From the sequence record OR354857.1: a stretch of DNA of 25,977 nucleotides. One strand, written 5' to 3'. Of this stretch, positions 1-7,921 are shown in pieces (position 1 is the first letter of the stretch; every line of letters starts with the position of its first letter). Made by a program: the position numbers and the translations under genes. The notes under the pieces are model-generated. The model ran no database searches. It saw only the letters and a program-made list of their open reading frames with translations, and was not told the DNA's origin. The stretch comes from Staphylococcus phage S-CoN_Ph34.

Positions 1-4
1 ACTT

Positions 5-27
5 CACCCCACCCCCACCCAGAAACG
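5..27. repeat. Terminal C-rich motif (CCCCACCCCCACCCAGAAAC), inverted copy near right end; candidate ITR/replication origin
   Basis: Revcomp of 25931-25957 (CGACCCCCACCACCGACCCAGATAC) matches about 16/20 positions. Both lie within ~50 nt of the window ends, as expected for a protein-primed linear genome. Confidence 0.5.
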
Positions 28-145
28 AGAACAGAATTTGAGCACGTAGCGACAAAAATTTTGAGTGAAAGGTCAAACAAAATACATTTAAAAATATGTA
101 ATGGATTATTGATAAAAAGTTTTTCAAAAAAGTTTGCTAAAACTA

Positions 146-174
146 TTGCAAAAAATTCGCACTTATTATATAAT
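146..174 (+). promoter_or_regulatory. Early sigma-A-type promoter (TTGCAA-17 nt-TATAAT) reading inward from left terminus
   Basis: -35 TTGCAA at 146-151, 17-nt spacer, -10 TATAAT at 169-174. Conserved counterpart TTGCAA-17-TATATT in right arm at 25832-25860. Confidence 0.55.
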
Positions 175-204
175 GTAATCAAGTTAGAAATGGAGGTGAG
201 AAAA

Positions 205-477
205 GTGACACCAGAAAAAGGTCAAGCCTATACGGAAATGTTACAACTGTTTAATTTATTACAACAATGGAATGATTTTTACACATCAGAAAATGCAAGT
301 AATTTATTAGTTGCATGTCAACAATTATTAATTAATTACAATGACCCAGTCATTAAATTTATTAATGATGAAAATGAAGATAAATCACTACTAAGCTATT
401 TAGCAGGTGATGACGGATTATCACAATGGCAATTTTACAAAGGTTTTTATAATAATTACAACGTTCATATTTTTTAA
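205..477 (+). CDS. Hypothetical early protein (~90 aa); GTG start after GGAGGTG, alternative ATG at 190
   Basis: ORF 61-477 tail. Right-arm paralogue 25530-25802 aligns from VTPEKGQAYTEM / VSEEKAQGYTEM. SD GGAGGTG 192-198. Confidence 0.6.
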   Translation: MTPEKGQAYTEMLQLFNLLQQWNDFYTSENASNLLVACQQLLINYNDPVIKFINDENEDKSLLSYLAGDDGLSQWQFYKGFYNNYNVHIF

Positions 478-524
478 AATAACATTTAATACTATATTCT
501 AAAAATATAATGTGAGGTGAACAT

Positions 525-740
525 ATGAACTACATTGATGTTGAAATCAAAGGTTTTACAGTCTATGCAAAAAATGATAGACATGAAGAATATGACTTTT
601 TTATTCCAAAACAAGATTACAGAATAACTAAACGTGAAATATTACAACATATTCCAGAAGGACATACATTACTAGATAGCAAACGTACGTCAAAAATAAT
701 TACAGTAAGTTATGATGAATTATTAAAAATTGAAATTTAA
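525..740 (+). CDS. Hypothetical early protein (71 aa)
   Basis: ORF with SD GAGGTGA 6 nt upstream of ATG. Paralogue 25299-25514 (~70% identity). Confidence 0.65.
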   Translation: MNYIDVEIKGFTVYAKNDRHEEYDFFIPKQDYRITKREILQHIPEGHTLLDSKRTSKIITVSYDELLKIEI

Positions 741-754
741 AGGAGTTAATAAAA

Positions 755-1195
755 ATGGCAAATGTAAATGAATTATTAAACAAATATTCTAACGGTGGCG
801 CAAAATTTGAATACGACAATGAAAAAGAAAGAGAATATATCAAATTAGGTGAATTGGATATGTCAAAAACATACCCTATTGAAGCGTTATTCATCAATAC
901 GAAAGGTAAATTTGGTGACCAAGGTGTCATCATTAGTGGTGACTACATTGTCAACTTACCTAATCACTTAACAGAAATGATTGAAGAAATGCGACAAGAT
1001 AGTGAAATGGTTGACGCAATCAATCAACGTTTATTTGATTTTGAAATTTATGAATTTGAATCTAAGAAATATAATCGTGTATCACATAGTATTAATTTAG
1101 TACCAAGTGAAAAAGCAAAACAAGAGGTTGAACCTGAGCAACGTAACCCGTTATATAGTGAGCCTGAACCTGAATCTGAAAAAAGTAGTATATGA
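755..1195 (+). CDS. Putative single-stranded DNA-binding protein (acidic C-terminal region); annotated stop probably not the biological C-terminus
   Basis: SD AAAGGAG upstream. Paralogue 24878-25282. +1 frame downstream encodes the canonical SSB C-terminal tip ..PIDISDEDLPF*. Confidence 0.5.
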   Translation: MANVNELLNKYSNGGAKFEYDNEKEREYIKLGELDMSKTYPIEALFINTKGKFGDQGVIISGDYIVNLPNHLTEMIEEMRQDSEMVDAINQRLFDFEIYEFESKKYNRVSHSINLVPSEKAKQEVEPEQRNPLYSEPEPESEKSSI

Positions 1196-1262
1196 GCGAC
1201 GTAACCCGTTCGCTCGTTCTACTAAACCAATTGATATTAGTGATGAAGATTTACCATTTTAA
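1179..1262 (+). other. +1-frame extension encoding SSB-type acidic C-terminal tip (ERRNPFARSTKPIDISDEDLPF*), reached through A6 run at 1179-1184
   Basis: Read directly in the +1 frame. Same arrangement in right arm (A7 run, ..GPIEITDDDLPF*). DDD(I/L)PF is the conserved bacterial SSB C-terminal tip. Confidence 0.55.
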
Positions 1263-1275
1263 TAAAAACTGAATA

Positions 1276-1300
1276 AAGGGGGCAATGCCTCCTTTTTTAT
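1276..1300 (+). terminator. Rho-independent terminator after SSB gene
   Basis: GGGGG-caatg-CCTCC hairpin followed by TTTTTT. Counterpart hairpin GAGGGG-ttttat-CCCCTC on - strand at 24781-24806. Confidence 0.5.
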
Positions 1301-1315
1301 TATGGAGTGATAAAA

Positions 1316-1525
1316 ATGTTAGCGTTTGAAAAAAGTATTATTGATGTATTAGAAAAAGCCTATGCTATGAATAAAGGATTTGTTGTGCTTTGTCAAAGAA
1401 GTAAAAAATATTTAAGTCGTACACTAAAATTTCTTGATGATATTAAATGTGAGTATATAACAATTACTGATAAAGACGGTACTATTAATATTGTGATTGA
1501 TGTTAATTCTTATAAAGGGGTTTAG
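1316..1525 (+). CDS. Hypothetical protein (69 aa), left-arm specific
   Basis: ORF with GGAG 8 nt upstream of ATG 1316. No paralogue at the equivalent right-arm position. Confidence 0.5.
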   Translation: MLAFEKSIIDVLEKAYAMNKGFVVLCQRSKKYLSRTLKFLDDIKCEYITITDKDGTINIVIDVNSYKGV

Positions 1526-1528
1526 TTT

Positions 1529-1774
1529 ATGTTTGGTACAATTGTTACAATAGGATTATGTTTATATGGTATAATTGCATTAATACTTGTTTCAATCGTT
1601 AATTATAAAAGGAGCGATTACATGAATTTGATTAAAGCGTATTATAATATTGTTAATGCACTCAATGATTACGATTTAACAAAAGAACAAAGAGATAAAT
1701 TAGAAAATGCTTTATTTGAAATTACGCATATTCTTAATGATTTAGAAAGTGAGGGAAAATATTTTGATAATTAA
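1529..1774 (+). CDS. Small membrane protein (N-terminal TM helix + helical C-terminal domain); possible phi29 p16.7-like membrane anchor
   Basis: MFGTIVTIGLCLYGIIALILVSIV hydrophobic segment. Right-arm paralogue is frameshifted (24524-24764). Confidence 0.5.
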   Translation: MFGTIVTIGLCLYGIIALILVSIVNYKRSDYMNLIKAYYNIVNALNDYDLTKEQRDKLENALFEITHILNDLESEGKYFDN

Positions 1775-2294
1775 ACATCAAATGAAATTACATTTAAATG
1801 AATTGGTTGATTGGGCGTGGCGTAATGGTGTAACATCTGAAAAGTTTCACTCAAATAATGGTTCATATGTGATATTTGACCATAGTGCAGTAGTAGAAAC
1901 CTATATTATAAACAAAAATGATTTATTTAATGTTATAGAAGAAATTGAAATCACATTAAATACACCGATTGACTATTTCCTAGAGAAAGATATGTACGGA
2001 AATTATCGTGAACATCAAAATATTGCTATTAAGGATTTATTATTTTTAAATACAACATCAGATATTTGGTTAATTAATGATGATGATTCACATATATTGA
2101 TTTATAAAGACGGACAACTCATTGATGAATATATGTATCATCAATTTGAATATGAAGCTAATCAGAATAAGCATATTTACCCACATAATAAAGCGAGTGG
2201 AACGTACCCACATAAAACAGAACAAGACGTCACACCACCAAAAAACAACCTGATACAAAACCCCTACCACCTGAAGAACATACACCAAAAGTGA
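1749..2294 (+). CDS. N-terminal fragment of two-domain SGNH-hydrolase protein (frame-disrupted around 2215-2245)
   Basis: Collinear with N-terminal half of intact 411-aa right-arm ORF 23314-24549. Downstream part continues in the -1 frame (..TTKKQPDTKPLPPEEHTPKVRTIKTLNGTVM). Confidence 0.6.
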   Translation: MRENILIIKHQMKLHLNELVDWAWRNGVTSEKFHSNNGSYVIFDHSAVVETYIINKNDLFNVIEEIEITLNTPIDYFLEKDMYGNYREHQNIAIKDLLFLNTTSDIWLINDDDSHILIYKDGQLIDEYMYHQFEYEANQNKHIYPHNKASGTYPHKTEQDVTPPKNNLIQNPYHLKNIHQK

Positions 2295-2992
2295 GAACCA
2301 TTAAAACATTAAATGGTACAGTAATGAAAGATTATACACCCGTTTCATCAATACAATATGTTAAATCTGTCGGAATCATTGGTGACAGTGTTGGTAAAGG
2401 TTCTCATGCTTCATATAACTTTGGTGATTATATCAATGAAAAAACAGGTGCAAAAATTCAAAACTTATCAGTAAGCAGTGCTACAATGAGTGAAGTTAAA
2501 GACAATAATATATTAAATCAAGCTAAACAACTTAAAGATAATGAATTAGTGATTATACAGGGTACTGATGATGATTGGTTGTTTAATTCAAATGCAGGTA
2601 TTGAAGTAGGTAATAAACTTACAGATACAAAAACTTATATCGGTGCATTTTATAAGGTTGTAGAAACGGTTAAAGAAAATAACCCAAAAGCTAAAATCGT
2701 TGTGATTACACCAACGAAACAAGCAAAAATTGATGATACAGGAAAAGTTATAAGACGTGATACAGACAAGAATAAAAAAGGTTACACATTAAAAACTTAT
2801 GTTGATTCACAAGTGAAAGCAACTAAAGATTTAGGATTAGCATTATATAATGCTTATGATGATTCATTAATTAATCCTTATGATGAAAAATTTAGACAAT
2901 CGTCTATGAAAGACGGTTTACACCCAACAAAATGGGGTCATGAAATGATGTATTATCGCATTGCAGAAACATATCATAAAAATTTTGATTGA
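2291..2992 (+). CDS. C-terminal fragment: SGNH/GDSL-family hydrolase (esterase) domain
   Basis: GDS block (IIGDSVGKGSHAS), GTDDDW (GxND-like) and DGLHPTKWGH (DGxHP catalytic block). Paralogue is the C-terminal half of 23314-24549. Confidence 0.6.
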   Translation: MRTIKTLNGTVMKDYTPVSSIQYVKSVGIIGDSVGKGSHASYNFGDYINEKTGAKIQNLSVSSATMSEVKDNNILNQAKQLKDNELVIIQGTDDDWLFNSNAGIEVGNKLTDTKTYIGAFYKVVETVKENNPKAKIVVITPTKQAKIDDTGKVIRRDTDKNKKGYTLKTYVDSQVKATKDLGLALYNAYDDSLINPYDEKFRQSSMKDGLHPTKWGHEMMYYRIAETYHKNFD

Positions 2993-3002
2993 GGTGTAGA
3001 CA

Positions 3003-3515
3003 ATGAAAAGAGGTAACAAAAGTAATCGCATTGCACGTTCAAATGCTTTTCGTGAAGCAACAACAAAAAAACAATCAACCTATGAACGTGACGGATTTGT
3101 TTTTTTATTTGATGATGAAGAATTACAAAAAGAATACATTCATGAATATAATCATTTTAACAATCTATTTGTTGAAAAAGGTAAAGTTAAACTACCTAAA
3201 CCAAAAAAGATTGCTTATATTGACGCTAAAAGTTTAGTGAGTGGTAAAAACCAAGAAAAGTTAACAGAAATAGAAAATGTCTATAAACAACTTGATTATG
3301 ATTGGGAACAAAAAGGTAATATGCACAAACGCCATTTATTCCAAGAAGCAGTTAAAGACAATGACGGTTCACAAGAAATATCACACTTTATTAAATCAAC
3401 TCAAGAACTATTTAAAGAACTTGAAGAAGCTACAAAAGTAGATAGTATTGTAAATAAAAACAAGTCAAATACAACGTTGTTTATTATGTCAGACGGGTGG
3501 GTTAACTATGTTTGA
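3003..3515 (+). CDS. Hypothetical basic 170-aa protein immediately upstream of packaging ATPase (function unknown; terminal-protein candidacy is speculation only)
   Basis: ORF; paralogue 22820-23311. Confidence 0.55.
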   Translation: MKRGNKSNRIARSNAFREATTKKQSTYERDGFVFLFDDEELQKEYIHEYNHFNNLFVEKGKVKLPKPKKIAYIDAKSLVSGKNQEKLTEIENVYKQLDYDWEQKGNMHKRHLFQEAVKDNDGSQEISHFIKSTQELFKELEEATKVDSIVNKNKSNTTLFIMSDGWVNYV

Positions 3516-3563
3516 AACTGTTGATGATATTATTGAATATTATTCAGATAAGGAGGTTAAAAA

Positions 3564-4448
3564 ATGAAAAAGTCACGATTAAATGAAGTGAAAGACTATC
3601 AAAATTTTGTTAATAAGTTTAGACGTTCAATTCCAAAACAATATAATCAAATTGAACTTGCAGATGATTTGATGAATTTAGATATTGATTTTTTAATTTC
3701 CATATCCAACCGTTCAGACGGTAAAACATTCAACTATGTTGCATTTTTTATGAAGTTAGCTATTGATTTAGATATTAAGTTTACTTTACTCGCAAGACAT
3801 CATACATTGCGTGACGCTTATCGTGAATTACTTGAAAGAATATGTATTGAACAAAAACATTTTAATGATAAAGATTTATTTTTTAGAAATACGCAAGATT
3901 ATATTGCAGTTGGTTATGGTGATAAAGAAATTGGTATTATTACTCACCTTAATAATGCAACCGATTTAAAATATCATTCTAACTTTATGAAGAATTTTCC
4001 TATCATTATTTATGATGAGTTTTTAGCATTAGAAAGTGACTATCTCATAGATGAGTGGGAAAAGTTGAAAACCATATATGAAAGTATTGACCGTAACCAT
4101 GGTAATATTGAATATATCAAAATACCAAAAATTGTATTACTAGGAAATGCCGTAAACTTTTCAAGTCCACTACTCGCAAACTTAAATATTTATGAACAAT
4201 TACAACATCACTCAAAATTTGGTATGAATAGCAAACGTCAGTATAGTAATATCATGCTTGAGATGAGAAGAAATGAATTTTCTAATGAGAATCGTAACAC
4301 ACGTGCATTTAATACTGATGATGATTCTATGACAACAGGTGAATTTGATTTTAATACATTCAATTTAGCAGACGATTATTTGAGGGCGCACATATCAAGT
4401 AATGGTAACTTTTTCCATATCAAAACCCCTATAATTATATTAAAGTGA
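3564..4448 (+). CDS. DNA encapsidation ATPase (phi29 gp16-like), N-terminal fragment; 1-nt frame disruption near 4431
   Basis: Walker A-like SNRSDGKT and Walker B IIIYDEF. SD AAGGAGG. Intact paralogue 21503-22762 (419 aa). Confidence 0.8.
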   Translation: MKKSRLNEVKDYQNFVNKFRRSIPKQYNQIELADDLMNLDIDFLISISNRSDGKTFNYVAFFMKLAIDLDIKFTLLARHHTLRDAYRELLERICIEQKHFNDKDLFFRNTQDYIAVGYGDKEIGIITHLNNATDLKYHSNFMKNFPIIIYDEFLALESDYLIDEWEKLKTIYESIDRNHGNIEYIKIPKIVLLGNAVNFSSPLLANLNIYEQLQHHSKFGMNSKRQYSNIMLEMRRNEFSNENRNTRAFNTDDDSMTTGEFDFNTFNLADDYLRAHISSNGNFFHIKTPIIILK

Positions 4449-4795
4449 TGTATAACTTAAATGATTATCAAACCAATATTAAAGTTGTGCCCTATTCTGA
4501 TGATTATCATTTTTGCACTGATGTATCAGATGTTGAACATGGTGCATTATTTTTAAAAGAATCATTTTATAAAGATAATCATCAAAGGCGTTATTATAAC
4601 CCCTCAAATCTTCATTTTGATAATGCATACAGTAAATCATTTATACTCAATGAGGACGATTTTATTCATTTAAACATGAACAAGATTATAAAGTATCATT
4701 TAAAAACAGAACGTAACAAAAAAGGGTATCAACCTTTTGAACAAAAAGAAAAAATGTATCATGATAACTACATTGAAAGAACTAAAAAAATCTAG
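4445..4795 (+). CDS. DNA encapsidation ATPase, C-terminal fragment
   Basis: Collinear with C-terminus of 21503-22762. Restoring one nt at CCTAT^AATT gives ..KTPMNYIKVMYNLNDYQ, matching the paralogue. Confidence 0.75.
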   Translation: MMYNLNDYQTNIKVVPYSDDYHFCTDVSDVEHGALFLKESFYKDNHQRRYYNPSNLHFDNAYSKSFILNEDDFIHLNMNKIIKYHLKTERNKKGYQPFEQKEKMYHDNYIERTKKI

Positions 4796-4808
4796 TAAAA
4801 TCATTTAT

Positions 4809-4845
4809 AAGCAATGTGTAAAGTTTTTACATATTGCTTTTTTTA
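4809..4845 (+). terminator. Rho-independent terminator after ATPase gene
   Basis: 13-bp stem AAGCAATGTGTAA / TTACATATTGCTT (1 mismatch), loop AGTTTT, then T7. Confidence 0.5.
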
Positions 4846-4854
4846 TGATATAAT
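4826..4854 (+). promoter_or_regulatory. Putative extended -10 promoter (TGaTATAAT) for DNA polymerase gene
   Basis: TGATATAAT at 4846-4854, 25 nt upstream of pol ATG. TATAAT also present upstream of right-arm pol'. Confidence 0.35.
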
Positions 4855-4878
4855 GTTTTTTGATTAGAGGTGTAGAAC

Positions 4879-5478
4879 ATGGGATTATTAGAAGCAATGC
4901 AAAAACATAAAGGTCAAAAAAATTTATATCTTTATTGGGATATTGAAACATTAAACTATAATAAGGTAGCAGGAAGAGAAAAACCAACTAAATATAAAAA
5001 TGTTACTTATAGTCTTGCTATTGGTTGGTATGATGGAAAACACATTGATGTTGAAGTATTTCCAAGTTTTAAATCCTTTTATCAATCTTTTTTTGATTAC
5101 GCCTCAAGACGTGATACGATTACGAAATCACAAACTACCATTAATATGATTGCACATAACTGTAATAAATACGATAATCATTTTTTACTTCACGATACAA
5201 AATATTATTTTGGTGATGATTTAGTGATAGAAAATTTATTTATGAAAAGTGCAGAAGATAACGAAAATACAATTAATATGAATGAAGCAAAATTATTATC
5301 AAAAGAAACAAATGTGATTTTAGAAAAACGTGTTAAATCAAGTATTAATTTAGATTTAATAATGTATTTGAAAGGATTTAAGTTTAATATCATTGATAAT
5401 TTTATGAAAACCAATACATCAATAGCAACACTAGGAAAAAACTCAAAGACGGTGGGTATATTAGTGAAGATGAATTAA
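4879..5478 (+). CDS. Protein-primed family-B DNA polymerase, N-terminal (exonuclease) fragment; frame lost in A6 run 5436-5441
   Basis: Exo I YWDIETLN, Exo II HNCNKYDNHF. SD AGAGGTG. Right paralogue has A7 at the same place and is intact (761 aa). Confidence 0.9.
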   Translation: MGLLEAMQKHKGQKNLYLYWDIETLNYNKVAGREKPTKYKNVTYSLAIGWYDGKHIDVEVFPSFKSFYQSFFDYASRRDTITKSQTTINMIAHNCNKYDNHFLLHDTKYYFGDDLVIENLFMKSAEDNENTINMNEAKLLSKETNVILEKRVKSSINLDLIMYLKGFKFNIIDNFMKTNTSIATLGKNSKTVGILVKMN

Positions 5479-5498
5479 AAACTGATTTTCAATATGAT

Positions 5499-7172
5499 GT
5501 GTTTGATGTTGAACATGATATGACAGATAAACAAGCGTATGCTTATGCTTATGAATGTTTTCATCAACTTACAGAATCACAAATGACCTATATTAGAAAC
5601 GATGTCATCATATTAGGTATGTGCCACATACATTATAGTGATATATTCCCTAATTTTGATTATAGTGCAATGACCTTTAGTGTAAATATTATGAAAAGTT
5701 ATATCAATAATGAAACAACACGATTACAATTATTAAACCAAAAAGGAAAGCAAAAAATATCATACACAGATTTTACTTTTTTTGATATGAATTTTTATGA
5801 CTTTATTAAGGGTTTCTATCGTGGTGGATTAAATATGTATAATTCACGTTATGTTGATAAAATCATCAATGAGGAATGTTTTTCAATAGACATTAATAGT
5901 AGTTATCCCTATGTGATGTATCATGAAAAATTACCAATGTATATTTATGATTTTGGTGAATATGAACAACCGACAACGATACACATTGATTTAACTAATA
6001 AAGATTATTTTTCCCTTTATAAAATGGATAAAGTCACATTCAATCGTACTATTTTAAGAAATATTGAAAGTGATTTAATTAAACAATGTCTTGTTAAATA
6101 CTACAATAATGATAAAAAGTTTGTTAACATAAATACAAACACTTTACGCATGATTCAAGATTTAACGGGTTTAACTTTTGATAAAATAAATGTGTTTGCT
6201 TTTGTATGCTATGAATGTGAATACTTTGGCGCTCGTGATATTATTCATCATAATTATTTTATTAAAACACAGGGTAAATTAAATAAAAAAATCATTATGG
6301 ATTCACCCTATAACTATAAAATTACTGATGAAGTGAATACACATACCTATTCACAAGAAGAAATTATGTTAAGTAAAGTTGTTTTAAATGGTCTGTATGG
6401 TATACCTGCTTTACGGTCACATTTTAATTTGTTTAGACGTGATGAGGACGGTTTTTTAGTTAACCATGAAAATGGATATAAAAACAGTGAACGCAATTTG
6501 TTGTTTTCAACTTTTGTTACATCACAAGCACTTTATAACTTACTTGAACCCCTAAAGTCTCTAACACAATCTGAAATTGATGAATGTTTTATTTATTGTG
6601 ATACAGACAGTTTATATTTGAAATCAAAAATTAAACATAAAATCAATGATGAATTATTTGACCCAATCGCATTAGGTAAGTGGGACATTGAAAATCACGT
6701 TATTAAAAAAATGTATGTACTCAATCATAAAAAGTACGCCTACCAAAAAGAAGATAATACAATTAAAATAGCAAGTGCAGGTATTCCATTAGACGCATTT
6801 AATAAAAATCAATCTTTTGAAGAATTTATAAAGAATGATTTTCACCATAAAGCAATTGTGTATAACAATAAATCCATTTATAACGAACAAAAAACAATAT
6901 CTATTTACCCGTCAAAAACATATATTGAAAAAGGTACACCTTATGATTATTATTTCACTAAAGAATTAGAGGATAGAAAAGAAGATGTATTAAAACAAGC
7001 AAGACGTGAATATGATGATGTTAATGACGATGATATATTATACATTGAGAGTGAAGTCGGCGCATTTTCATTTAGTGACTTATTTCCTTATCAATTTGAA
7101 ATTAAAAATAAATGTGATATTAACATTTTATATATGGTTCATCAAGACATAAAAAATGACGCTACATTATAG
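5499..7172 (+). CDS. Protein-primed family-B DNA polymerase, C-terminal (polymerisation) fragment
   Basis: Exo III YIRNDVIIL, motif A DINSSYPYVM, motif B KVVLNGLYG, motif C YCDTDSLY, KxY KKYAY. Confidence 0.95.
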   Translation: MFDVEHDMTDKQAYAYAYECFHQLTESQMTYIRNDVIILGMCHIHYSDIFPNFDYSAMTFSVNIMKSYINNETTRLQLLNQKGKQKISYTDFTFFDMNFYDFIKGFYRGGLNMYNSRYVDKIINEECFSIDINSSYPYVMYHEKLPMYIYDFGEYEQPTTIHIDLTNKDYFSLYKMDKVTFNRTILRNIESDLIKQCLVKYYNNDKKFVNINTNTLRMIQDLTGLTFDKINVFAFVCYECEYFGARDIIHHNYFIKTQGKLNKKIIMDSPYNYKITDEVNTHTYSQEEIMLSKVVLNGLYGIPALRSHFNLFRRDEDGFLVNHENGYKNSERNLLFSTFVTSQALYNLLEPLKSLTQSEIDECFIYCDTDSLYLKSKIKHKINDELFDPIALGKWDIENHVIKKMYVLNHKKYAYQKEDNTIKIASAGIPLDAFNKNQSFEEFIKNDFHHKAIVYNNKSIYNEQKTISIYPSKTYIEKGTPYDYYFTKELEDRKEDVLKQARREYDDVNDDDILYIESEVGAFSFSDLFPYQFEIKNKCDINILYMVHQDIKNDATL

Positions 7173-7186
7173 TAGCGTCTTTTTTT
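7158..7186. terminator. Bidirectional terminator between convergent pol and lysis genes
   Basis: Perfect 8-bp stem GACGCTAC/GTAGCGTC flanked by A6 and T7. Pol stop codon lies inside the structure. Confidence 0.6.
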
Positions 7187-7281
7187 ACGAGGTATAGTGA
7201 CAAGTGACGTTTGCCATACGGATTATGTTTTGTTGTTTATTTACTAGAATGTTCTAGCATACTTATATTATAGCATAATTT

Positions 7282-7919
7282 TTACTTAATGCCACTAAAA
7301 AACATAATATTATCCCCTGCATTTTCAGGTACACCGTCAATCAATGTATATTCAACAACACGACTAGGTGCCCAATAAGGTGGTACGTTATAATTGGCTA
7401 CTAAAAATGAACCGTCTTTGAAAACTGCTACTACAACACCTGTATGTCCTACACCCGGTAATGAGGCTTGTAAATAAGGAGGTTTACTACTGAATCCATA
7501 GCCAACTGTTGGTCGGTGTGTGACACGTGCACCACGATTACGATAAACCACCCACACACGTTGACCATTTGTAACTTGACCGTCGTCGGCAGGTTGAACT
7601 TTTCCATGTAATTGTGTCATATAACACTGTGTCAATTCTGTACATTGACCTGTATTACCAAAACGTGGGAATGTATTCCCACTATTATTTAGATAACTAG
7701 GTTTAAATAGTGGCACGTCAATAGCGTCTTTATATTTTTGTGGTAATTGAGAATAAGTCCAGTTACCACCAATTACACGACCATTTTTTCCGTTTGGTGC
7801 AACTGATTTACCCCTTTATCTGCGCCACCCTCACTATCATCAGCACCTGTATCTTTTCCACCACCCCCGTCGATTCTTGATATTAAGTCTTTCATTTCAT
7901 CAAGTAATTTTTGATTCAT
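7282..7919 (-). CDS. CHAP-domain peptidoglycan peptidase (frame-disrupted at C4 run 7811-7814)
   Basis: Catalytic Cys (FGNTGQCTELTQ) and His (GVGHTGVVVA). N-terminal part MNQKLLDEMKDL..GGGGKDTGADD in ORF 7773-7964. Adding one G restores ..DKGGKSVAPNGKNGRVIGGNW.. matching right copy. Confidence 0.7.
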
Positions 7920-7921
7920 AT

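Noticed and set aside
61-69. TTGAGT(G/A)AA present on the + strand near both ends (61-69 and 25879-25887)
   Set aside because: Same orientation at both ends rather than inverted. Short. Probably coincidence.
700-933. Antisense or embedded ORFs of 60-90 aa from the six-frame track: 700-933, 2088-2288, 3031-3237, 4805-4987, 5205-5414, 8239-8463, 8863-9069, 10184-10402, 11125-11331, 12547-12762, 13146-13382, 14381-14684, 14901-15241, 16571-16774, 17183-17371, 18091-18315, 20894-21136, 21930-22118
   Set aside because: They lie entirely inside well-supported genes on the other strand or in another frame. They have low-complexity AT-rich composition (F/L/I/K/N runs) and no RBS. Where checkable they have no conserved paralogue in the other arm in that frame.
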